Of a stretch of 64,000 nt of DNA, positions 30,527 through 39,698 are shown piece by piece. The number at the start of each line of letters is the position of its first letter. Positions within the stretch are counted from its first letter, which is position 1. The position numbers and the translations under genes were made by a program. Source of the DNA: Andalucia godoyi And28 (Eukaryota > Protista > Jakobida); the NCBI GenBank assembly GCA_009859145.1, contig VRVR01000049.1, forward strand, positions 62,001 through 126,000, in the 5' to 3' direction. The notes under the pieces are model-generated. The model was not told the DNA's origin, made no database searches, and saw nothing but the letters and a program-made list of their open reading frames with translations.

Positions 30527-31386
30527 CCTTGGTCCTAACAACGCGGCACAATAAAGGAATGAGATAAGCCACTTAACAAAACTCGACTCCAAATATCACA
30601 AACAATGGACAGAAGCATCTCGAATTTCAGACCATTTCCCTCCACTGAAGGCCGGACCTTGATTGCCTTTTTGTTAGGCAAACAAAAATTCGCCCTTGTT
30701 CGTGCTGTTGATGCTTTCCCTTGATGCATGCTTCTTGCCGTAAAATCTGCATGAAAACGCTGGGTGGAAAAAGAGTCTGCGCCTGAAACTTTTGAACGAT
30801 CGTTTCGCTGCTGCGAGAATGCTGTTTGTGGAGTTCTCCGTAAGAGGTATCAGTCAACGATGGTTTCCATCGAAGATGTAGATTATCCATGTATGTTTAT
30901 TTGATTGTGTTTCATTGATGGAGCAGGAAGCAAGCTGATGATGAATAGAAATTGCGTTACCGTAATGATTATCATGATTCCACATAATTTCGTACTGAAG
31001 TTTCCCTTCCTGTTTCTTTTTCTTTATCGTTTGTCTAAATTCTGATGCTTATTGTCCAGAACTATTTGATGTCCCTGCGTTGATCAACTCTGGCAAGGAT
31101 GCAGTGAATCACACCATCCGTGTGGGTTGATAGTTTTGCAATATCGGGCGTTCGCGGGATCGCCGAGATAGGGTAGTGAAAAGCTTCTTTGTACAGATGA
31201 TCTGTCCAACTAACTTGCGCAACGTTATGTAACATTTCAATCACTGCCATCCTCCCCGCCCCCACAATGCACATGCGCCAGACAAATAATGATCGCAACA
31301 GTGATAGAGGAGGGGGACAGTAAAAAGGAGGTGTCGCCCTGCGTTAAAATACGTTGCTTCAGGAGCGATAACTGCATCCCAAGTTA

Positions 31387-32226
31387 CTAAAGCCTGTTTG
31401 CTGATCCCCCCTGCCACTTATTCCTGACCAGCCGGCAGGATACGCTCCCGGTCAAAGAGACCAACAGAGCTGATATGGCAAATAAACAACCAAAAAAATT
31501 ACAAAAGAACGCCAGCTTACAATGCCCACTGACACGGACACACTTGCTAAGCACTCTGTCGAGCTCCTTTCACACTGCCCAGTCCAAAAACGTCTTCCAA
31601 CGATCATATAGAATGATAATGACGCATTCCTTGTTACAGTTCGCTGTTTCCAAAAACGGTTGTTCAAGTCCCGTTTGCGGCATCAAAAACCCGAATGTTG
31701 GATCCATTTTCTTGGAGTTAACAGTCGCTTCGTTGGTAGCCGCCATTGCAAAATCGCAGAAAGCCATCATTACACAAAATCTCCACAAGACACAAAAGCT
31801 CAGACATCTCACAGATAGCTCGAAAGCATGTTGACACAGTTGTTGGGAATGTGGTTTCGACATCCCAGCCTGAAGTTGAAGAGAATAAAAGACGCAGCGA
31901 ACATCGGTAACAGCAACGACTCCGTGTTTCCCGCTGATCCTTCGTCGGCCTCGAACCCTTCAGCTGCAAGGCATATCCCTTTTCCATTTCACGGTCTCGA
32001 GCAGTAAACGACTGAAAGATAGGTTTCTTAGTCTCCCATACATCCTCGTCGCCTTCGCTTACGATAAAGCTCGTTCACACAAGTGCACGTTGTCTGTTAA
32101 GCTGAATTACGTTGTAATTTCGGTCACTCTGTCAGCGATGCTCTGTATATAAACTAACAATACAACATCCGGTCAGGGAGCAGGCTGCATGCCAAAGACA
32201 ATGACACTCACAAAAAAAGGCAACAT
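31387..32226 (-). pseudogene. Possible decayed gene (ATG, 69-nt intron, long frame with 4 internal stops)
   Basis: ATG at 32226, GTGAGT donor at 32211, CCTGAC branch-like motif, TACAG acceptor at 32143, then 252 codons with only 4 internal stops; product unrecognised. Confidence 0.3.
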
Positions 32227-33581
32227 GATTTTGTTGAAGAAAAGAGGGAAAAGACGGAAATAACTTCACGAAATCCAACACTGCGGTTTGTAGCGAACAT
32301 CATTCCCTTGAGACAGACTCTTGCTTATGCAGCTGTCGGAAGTCGAGTTGACAGCAAGCTGAACTTTAATCTTTTTTGAATAGGTTGAAGATCCGTTTCT
32401 GAAAGCTAATCTGCTGCTGATTGGTACTCTTGAAAAAGTCAAATACCTGTTTGGAGACAATTCTGGAGGCGCACACGCATAAGGACTGCCAACAAACACG
32501 GGGGCTTGAGGGTAAATGCGCTCAGAAGGAATCAGGATCCTTTGGAGCTGAACTGAACATCTTTTCAGTTAATTTTCCTGTAGTTTTCAGGTTTTAGGAA
32601 GGATCATTTTCAGTAGCATTTTGTGACGAACAATAGCTGCAGCTTGAAACTACCTATTACTGTTCATCACCCGAGATAGGAAGACACATTTGACAGTAGT
32701 GCATTTCTTGTGATCTTCTTGCCAGGGAACTGCTCAGTATCGCCATTGTCCATTGCAACCGTTCCACGCTGTCACTTTTTCCTGTTTTTTTCTTGTTTTG
32801 CGCTTGCAATCAGAACAATCCCATAGTTGGAAATTGCCACTGAGTAAGCAAACATCCATTTTATCGATCGCCCCAAGGAGAGCAATGGCTGCACTGCAAG
32901 CTGCATTGGCTGAGAAGAGGTTTTTGTTTTCCAACTGCAACTCTTCCATGAGATCTTCTCAATGTCCTTTTCCACCTATATTCCGCGCAGATTGCTGCGA
33001 CCCCCTCAACTGTTCAGACTGCCTTGGAGACATTGTTGCAGCAGACAAGGACCTTTGGTGTTCATTTCGGTCCTCGTCTCAAGAATAGTCAGTTTTTTTC
33101 GAATTGGCGAAAGTTGCTACGCAGAGTGGAAATGCCGCTTCCGATTTTCATGAATAGCGGCTGATTTAGCCACCGTGTTGCTGATCCTGCTGATAGTGGC
33201 ATATCTGTTTGTTGCCGCAGCTGTTGCGTTCCGTTACAATCACAATAGCATCGTGTTGTTCGAACTTTTTGTTGGTGTGCCCCAGCGCAAATGGTTTTCT
33301 GCATCACCGACGTTTGCTGAGAGAAATGGAGGATCTGTACCCCAAGACGGAGTACTAAGTTGAAAACATTCTGTCGCCACTGGCGAATCAGCATTAAAGT
33401 CTTTAGTTCGTGAAGGTGACAGTGGGTTTATCATACGCCACTCAGAAGGCGTCTGTTGCAACAAATCTGTTTATTCAGAGGACTGTCTTTCCATGTGATG
33501 TTTGGAATGGCTTTCGAACATGTTTGCTGCAGAATTTGCCAAGTGGATTGTTCAGAGATTCATTGATTTACTGGCAAAAAT

Positions 33582-33614
<33 letters not shown>

Positions 33615-33868
33615 AAGAGAATTGGTTTAACTCTGCTTCTGTGAGGAGATTCCACCGGTGGTGCGTCCGGTATCGACGACTATCAAAATGTTTGCAGATG
33701 AATCAAACGTGCAACAAAGTTTTCCACGCCTGCAGAAAGGATCTTTTGCGAAGCCCATCACGATGAAAAGCTACCATCAAGGGACTGCACGTGCGAACGC
33801 AGACGCGATTTGCTAACGTCCCCCTCCCCCCGATGTCACAAATAAAAGACAACGGCATCGACAGACGT

Positions 33869-35200
33869 TCAAGGCTGAATGGGAATTGAGACATTCGCCG
33901 AAAAACGTTGATCGGAATGACGATTCAACACAGAAATCAGAGTTCCAAATCCTGCATCATCAACATAGCAGAATTCGCGGACGAGAACTTTGTGCAATCG
34001 TTGGAGAAATAGACTGAGCATTCGAAGTCCAATGTGCACTCGCGAAAGCTCGGTTGATCGAGAAACGAACAGCGGAAACTCATGCAGTACGAAGGGACCG
34101 TCCGAGACGGACATTCTCGACTGAGCTATACATATCGACGAATGCGATCCTCTGAGTCTTACTGAAAACTCCGGTCCCAGTTCTGGACCAAAGAAACGTA
34201 AACAGACAAAAGAAAAATGCGCGAGCACCGATAGCAGATCAGACAGTGGAAGATCGGCGTTCTCATCACCAATTCGAACACGCTTGAGGAGCGAATCCAA
34301 GTAGCCGCAAACATCACGGATACGAAGTAATGCGCCCAAAGAATTGATGAACGAAAAATACCTCGCCTGAACTTGCTGTTCCAACGTAACATATTGAGAC
34401 CGTAAAAGAGCCACCTGCGCAGACATCGCAGAACAACTATCTCTACGATGACCATTTTGTTCGCACAGCGCTTCTTGTTTCGCCCGTATCTTATCGCGGA
34501 GGGTCTGCACACGAGATTGAACGACATCCCGGCGTTGCCGTAAAATGCCGACACTCGTCAACTCCTTGCATTTTGACTCGGTTTCCCGAACTTCGCCCCA
34601 AAGTTGAGACAGCGCAGCCGAAAGCGTTGAGCATTTCTTCATCGCAACTGTCGCATTTTCCAAAGTATTCAACATCTGAGTTCTTCTGCTTGCTCTTGAT
34701 CTGGGAAAAGCTTGCTCATCTGCGTTGAGCTCCTTGTACATGACAGCAAACGACTCGGGAATCGACTTTCGAGGCACGGCGACAGATCCGTCCGAGAGAT
34801 GGAAAAGAGGGAAATTAAAAGGAAGTCCTGGAATATGAAGATCGCTTGGAGAAATAATAAATAGGTCACGTGGAAACGAAAGCTCCACAGACAAGAATTC
34901 GGAATTACATCCGCCGTTTTCCAAAACATAAAACCGGACAACAACATTGGCAATGGGCTTTGTATGCGACATCGCCAGCTCCGGAACCTGCAGAACCGCT
35001 TTCCGAAGAGAAAAAGGATACCAAGAGGGATGAAGGGAATACGAGACATATTCAGATTCGTACACAGCAATCAAGGACTCCTTGTCAACATTTCCAGTGT
35101 CACGCAATAAAACTGAATAGCCGACACGGAGAGAAGGTAATTTGGGTGAATTGAAAACAAAGTTTCTCAGCCCGATGCCGTCGAGACTCCAAATGTCCAT
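33869..35200 (-). CDS. UVRAG: UVRAG/Vps38-like PI3K complex subunit
   Basis: LDGIGLRN...YESEYVSYSLHPSW...VVRFY C2-like N-terminus, coiled coil, BARA-like end (LRGSHSSI...FPLF...GLRML); first ATG at 35200. Confidence 0.7.
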   Translation of the reverse strand: MDIWSLDGIGLRNFVFNSPKLPSLRVGYSVLLRDTGNVDKESLIAVYESEYVSYSLHPSWYPFSLRKAVLQVPELAMSHTKPIANVVVRFYVLENGGCNSEFLSVELSFPRDLFIISPSDLHIPGLPFNFPLFHLSDGSVAVPRKSIPESFAVMYKELNADEQAFPRSRASRRTQMLNTLENATVAMKKCSTLSAALSQLWGEVRETESKCKELTSVGILRQRRDVVQSRVQTLRDKIRAKQEALCEQNGHRRDSCSAMSAQVALLRSQYVTLEQQVQARYFSFINSLGALLRIRDVCGYLDSLLKRVRIGDENADLPLSDLLSVLAHFSFVCLRFFGPELGPEFSVRLRGSHSSICIAQSRMSVSDGPFVLHEFPLFVSRSTELSRVHIGLRMLSLFLQRLHKVLVREFCYVDDAGFGTLISVLNRHSDQRFSANVSIPIQP

Positions 35201-35517
35201 CCTCCCCCCAAAACGCCGTTGTCTGTCTGGCTCTATGAAAATGGCACGGACCAACGGGATTGTTGTTTCTTCACACTTTTCCTGGCGCTTTCCCACCGTG
35301 TTTTTTTCTGTTTCTGCTGTCCTGGCTGCCACTCTCGGAAGTGCGACTCAACTTTGTGCGAATGTCTCTTTGATCTCCGGTCTGAAGTCTGCCGTTCCAC
35401 AACGATATCTTTTGGTTTTGTTTTTTTAAATCTCTGTCTCCACTCTATTTCTATGTGTCCTCCCTTCTTCAGCGTTATAAATAACGAAAAACAAACAAAG
35501 CAAACAATCAAAAGCGA

Positions 35518-36378
35518 ATGTTCAAAATAGATTGGGATTCGCTCAGGCGACTTGAAAATGCTGCGCTTATTTCTGTCAATGAGGTGCTGAAGTCTCTTCG
35601 TGAGAACTCTCAGTTACCTCCATTTCTCGACGATATTTTCGTGACGGATCTCTCCTTTGGTTCTCTTCCTCCGACTATAGAGTTGTACGATATATGTCCG
35701 TTGCAAATGAGTGCTTCGTCTCTTCCGCTTCCAGAGACCTCGGCAGAGACGACTGCTGGGTCTTTGCAACATGTCTCACTGGACTGGCTTGAGCTGTTGC
35801 TTTCTGGTTTGGATGGCTGTGTGAAGGTCCGAGTCCACTATCGCGGATCAGCATTTGCTGTCGTCAGAACTGCTATTCATGTCCAGCAACTGGTGGTTCT
35901 TCCGCTGGAGTTTGAAATATCAAAGATACAATTGGATGGCCTTTTGTGTTTTGAAATTGATTCTGCGAATGACGAGTTGCGAGTGTTCTTCGAACCTCAT
36001 AATCACGTGGACGATGTGTCTTCTGGGATGGATTTGAGTGACTCTCCTTCCTTCTTCGGCTCTGATGTGCATCATGAAGATGAGATGGATGATGACGATG
36101 AGTTCAATAATGATGATGACGACGACGATGACTGCAATGGCGGTGTGGATACAGATGGTCTGTCCAAACAGTCTCGAGTTTTGCACGGAATTGAAATCCG
36201 TCCAAGGATTGGTGCTCCAGAACAAGCCCGACTGAGTGTCGGTATCGACAAAGTACAATTTTTGGTGATTAGTTTTGTCAAGAATCTGTTCCGAGACAGG
36301 CTACTGCACCCAAATTGTATTCGGAAGCGAGGGCTGCGGACGCTGTTTCGATCACAGAAACATCACGTGAATCCTTGA
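35518..36378 (+). CDS. MDM12: SMP-domain ERMES subunit Mdm12-like
   Basis: MFKIDWDSL...LPPFLDDIFVTDLSFGSLPPTIELYDI, VHYRG, LPLEFEISKIQLDG, IGAPEQ, FVKNLFRDRLLHPNCI; no TM segment. Confidence 0.72.
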   Translation: MFKIDWDSLRRLENAALISVNEVLKSLRENSQLPPFLDDIFVTDLSFGSLPPTIELYDICPLQMSASSLPLPETSAETTAGSLQHVSLDWLELLLSGLDGCVKVRVHYRGSAFAVVRTAIHVQQLVVLPLEFEISKIQLDGLLCFEIDSANDELRVFFEPHNHVDDVSSGMDLSDSPSFFGSDVHHEDEMDDDDEFNNDDDDDDDCNGGVDTDGLSKQSRVLHGIEIRPRIGAPEQARLSVGIDKVQFLVISFVKNLFRDRLLHPNCIRKRGLRTLFRSQKHHVNP

Positions 36379-36463
36379 ACTATTTTTTACATATTCGATG
36401 ACAATGGATTTCTTTCTGACTGGGAGTCTCTCCTCTGAGGAGCCCTGGAATCATGGATCTGTT

Positions 36464-37954
36464 TCAGATTTCAAAGTTGCGGGATGCAACGAGCTTCCGT
36501 TCCAACAGGCATTGCAAAACGAACATGTAAGAGATCATAGGCTTTGATGCATCCCGAGAATAGGTTTTTAGGGAGCGTCGACCTTCGCAAGTGGGATCAC
36601 ACAAGATCATGATATCGTCTTCTTGTTGCATGTCACCTTGTATGACTCCTCCCAGTTGGGGAATGAGACTCATCAACATTTGATGAGAGTTTCCTCCAAA
36701 CAATCCGTATAAAAAGAAGTTCTTTCCTCTAAACAAAGTGTCTTCTTCCGCAATTTTGCTGTTTAGCGAATTCTGAAGTGCTTCTGTGGAAGCAATGAAT
36801 GGGTCGACGGATACCCACATGCTCTCTGCGTTGCAGTACAGAATGTATTCATCTCTTATGATCGGAATCCCATGCAACAGCCCTAGAAGAACTGCTTGGG
36901 ATTCAACGGCTTCAAATCGACTATTGCATTTCGAAATAATCAGTGATACATCGGAAGAGAAGGACGATGCCAACTTGCCCCGCAGAGGACCACATAAGGA
37001 TCGCATCAGCTTCACCTTTGATTCGGAGACAGACGGACTGACCAGAATGGTCTTTTCCCCGTTGGAGTTGGCGCCGGACCGAGATGACCGAATGCTGACT
37101 GTCTCCGATTCTTCCGTTGAAACATCGGGAGCCTGTCGATCTTTGTCAGTCTTTCGTTTCTTCGGTGTAACTGCGTCCGCAGGAGCCAGTTCCTTCGACA
37201 GTGGGCTCGGCGGCCGTTTGCATGGCTCTTTGGGTTTTGCTTTCTTGCTGCTTCCCGAGTCCTTCTTTTCCAGTACACGAGCGGTCTGCACTAGAGGAGT
37301 TTGTAAAACTGGCTTGGGCAACTCTGCATCCTTGTTACATCGTCGGATTGCTGTGTCCAACTCAAGTTTGACGTTCTGATAGTCTGCCACAGCAGCAGCC
37401 AACTCGTGACCCATAGAAATCTCCAACGTCTTGAATCTCACACCCAATTCGGCGTCCGAAAGTAGAGAAACATGCTTCACGTCTTCTTCAACCCGCTGTT
37501 CCCACTTGCGAACTTCTGCAACTCCATTCACCCGTGCAGATTCTCGTGTTCGCAGTGGCCTCGGATCTTCCACCGTGGCGCCAGCTGTTGGAGCCACATT
37601 CTCCTTGTTGAGCAGATGAGACGTGTCCTGAACCGATTGCTGAGTGCATGATACTGCACGTACGCCTTGTGTCTGAGAAACAAACCGCAAATCCTCGAGG
37701 TGCTGGAAGTGTCGAACAATATTCTCCATCTGCAAATTCGGTTTCAAAGCTCGCTTCCACACAGGATTTTTGCAAACAGGGCATTCCTGCTTAAGGCGAA
37801 TTGCTCCCAAGATGCACTCCTGGCAGAAGGTATGGCTGCAAGGTGTGATGGATGGGATTTGGAACAATTCATAACAGATAGGACAGCACAGTTCCTGCGC
37901 GAGTGCCTTGAAATGCGCTTTCGTTGAAGACGATTTGGAGGGTGCAGTCGCCAT
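36464..37954 (-). CDS. BRCA1/BARD1-like RING + tandem BRCT protein
   Basis: C3HC4 RING CPICYELF...PCSHTFCQECI...CPVCK, coiled coil, two BRCT-like repeats (LFRGKNFFLYG...LIPQLGG); ATG at 37954. Confidence 0.8.
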   Translation of the reverse strand: MATAPSKSSSTKAHFKALAQELCCPICYELFQIPSITPCSHTFCQECILGAIRLKQECPVCKNPVWKRALKPNLQMENIVRHFQHLEDLRFVSQTQGVRAVSCTQQSVQDTSHLLNKENVAPTAGATVEDPRPLRTRESARVNGVAEVRKWEQRVEEDVKHVSLLSDAELGVRFKTLEISMGHELAAAVADYQNVKLELDTAIRRCNKDAELPKPVLQTPLVQTARVLEKKDSGSSKKAKPKEPCKRPPSPLSKELAPADAVTPKKRKTDKDRQAPDVSTEESETVSIRSSRSGANSNGEKTILVSPSVSESKVKLMRSLCGPLRGKLASSFSSDVSLIISKCNSRFEAVESQAVLLGLLHGIPIIRDEYILYCNAESMWVSVDPFIASTEALQNSLNSKIAEEDTLFRGKNFFLYGLFGGNSHQMLMSLIPQLGGVIQGDMQQEDDIMILCDPTCEGRRSLKTYSRDASKPMISYMFVLQCLLERKLVASRNFEI

Positions 37955-38042
37955 GAAAATGTGAAATGGAAAAAAGAAGAAAAACACAAAAAAGCAACAG
38001 CAAAATATATTTGCACCTTTTTTTGTGGATTTTTTTTTTTGC

Positions 38043-38144
38043 TTTGGCGCGGTGAAGAAGGCTGAAGAAAACGAGAATTCTCCAAAGTCGGTAGTCGGTA
38101 GTCGGAACTCGCAAGACACATTCCCGCGTTTCTTGAAATTGGCG
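38043..38144. promoter_or_regulatory. E2F-like sites upstream of the BRCA1/BARD1-like gene
   Basis: Perfect TTTGGCGC at 38043-38050, plus one-mismatch ATTCCCGC and ATTGGCGG nearby. Confidence 0.35.
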
Positions 38145-38192
38145 GACTTTCGAGGCCCATTTGAGGATACCCCATCGGCCTCACACAAATGT

Positions 38193-39395
38193 TTACGACA
38201 GACATGGGAAGGAGTATTTGCGAGGAATGGGAACGTGCGTGAAGTCTTGCGCAACGAGGACATTTTTGCTCCCAAACGCCGCTGACGCATCCTGGACAAG
38301 CAACTGGTAATCTCGCAAAGCATCGAACCTTGGAGAGAAATGCGAGAGCACAAGGTTCGAGGCATTCAGCATTCTCGCAAACCAGCCAGCCATGGCAGCA
38401 GTAGAATGGCCTCGAGCAAACGCCTCAGAAGCCAGCGAACGTGGAAGCGTGCATTCATGCACCAACAAATCGCAGTTTTTCCCAATGTCAAGGATGCTAT
38501 CGGAATTGCTCGTGTCTCCAAGAAGAACGACCTTTCTTCCTGGTCTCGAGGGACCGAGCACGTCGTTCGGTGCAATGACGGACCCGTTTGCAAGAGATAC
38601 GGCCCGCCCTTGTTTCAATTCTCGCAATAATGGACCTGTAGGAATGCCAAGGTCAGCGCATCGTTTCACATTCAATGCTCCAAATTGTTCCTTTTCCTCA
38701 AAAACAAATCCAAAACAAGGAACACGATGCTGCAAAAGGCCTGCCGACACTCGATATTGGGGGGTCTCCAGCACATTCCAAACATGAGATGACTTTCCGT
38801 CACTGCACGAAATATCGGTTCCGTGAAGCTCATGTGGAAGAAATGGACGCGCACTTGCGAGTGGTCCACTTGCAAATTGGGGATGCGGGGTGTTCCATTG
38901 TTTGAAGTAGTCATAGTGGGATTCTCTCAATACCAGTTCGTTCACAGAAAAGGCAAGCTCAAACGATGTTGATGACAACGAAAACACAGATCGCAAGAAA
39001 GCTCGAAGCCCTGATGGCCCGTATATTTCCACGCGTGGAGCTGAAGGACTGCGAGAGGCTGCCATGTGACACAGAAGACCCGGCAGCCCAAAAATATGAT
39101 CTCCATGCAAATGAGTTACAAAGATTTTGGAAATCTTTGAGGCAGAAATGAAGGACTTTTGAATTTGTAACTGTGTCCCTTCCCCTGCGTCAACAAGCCA
39201 TATTTCTCCTTCCAGACGAATCGCTGTTGATGAAACACCACGGTTCGGAGTAGGAACTGCACCCGACGTTCCAAGAATCACCACTTCAAATCCATCGAAG
39301 TTTCCGCTTGAATACGATGACAACAAGTCTCTGGTTCCCACGACGACATCTTTAAACAAGGAGAATCGGCGGCAGAACAAACCATGACGTATCAT
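38193..39395 (-). CDS. rnz: Ribonuclease Z, short (ELAC1/bacterial-type) form with presequence-like N-terminus
   Basis: LGTSGAVPT, DAGEGTQ, THLHGDH, GP-type exosite GIPTGP, GRKVVLLGDT, HECT, HST, LSHFSPR. Confidence 0.92.
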   Translation of the reverse strand: MIRHGLFCRRFSLFKDVVVGTRDLLSSYSSGNFDGFEVVILGTSGAVPTPNRGVSSTAIRLEGEIWLVDAGEGTQLQIQKSFISASKISKIFVTHLHGDHIFGLPGLLCHMAASRSPSAPRVEIYGPSGLRAFLRSVFSLSSTSFELAFSVNELVLRESHYDYFKQWNTPHPQFASGPLASARPFLPHELHGTDISCSDGKSSHVWNVLETPQYRVSAGLLQHRVPCFGFVFEEKEQFGALNVKRCADLGIPTGPLLRELKQGRAVSLANGSVIAPNDVLGPSRPGRKVVLLGDTSNSDSILDIGKNCDLLVHECTLPRSLASEAFARGHSTAAMAGWFARMLNASNLVLSHFSPRFDALRDYQLLVQDASAAFGSKNVLVAQDFTHVPIPRKYSFPCLS

Positions 39396-39598
39396 ACATA
39401 CACGAATTCGTCGAGGGGCTCCGAAATGTTCTTGCCGGCGACGTTTTTTTTCCCGGTTTCCCTTTTTTTTTTAATATTCCAGTTCGTGGAGCATTGGGGT
39501 ACGGAACCACGAAACGACAAGCACAGCAGTCGGCCGTTTTTTCCCCCCGCTGCCAAGCAAAAACAATGAACTCAGCAAGGATAAATGCCAACGGAAAG

Positions 39599-39617
39599 CT
39601 AGGGTTTCCTAGGGTTT
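39599..39617. promoter_or_regulatory. Two telobox-like CTAGGGTTT motifs 10 bp apart in a divergent promoter
   Basis: CTAGGGTTT at 39599-39607 and 39609-39617. Confidence 0.3.
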
Positions 39618-39698
39618 GTTTTCCCCCTTTTTTTTATTACATTTCTACTGTTCGCAAGTCCTCCATTAACGGATTCAACCGTTAAACCATATGAATGC

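Noticed and set aside
10186-37954. Functional cluster of genome-maintenance genes (HAUS6, SMC6, PMS2, BRCA1-like)
   Set aside because: They are interspersed with unrelated genes; this is compatible with chance in a gene-dense genome
37955-38365. N-terminal extensions of track ORFs (BRCA1-like, PSMG1, PP2C, eIF3e, PMS2, GNAT, LYR, UVRAG)
   Set aside because: They run through poly-T or microsatellite leaders or start at non-ATG codons, and homology begins at a downstream ATG
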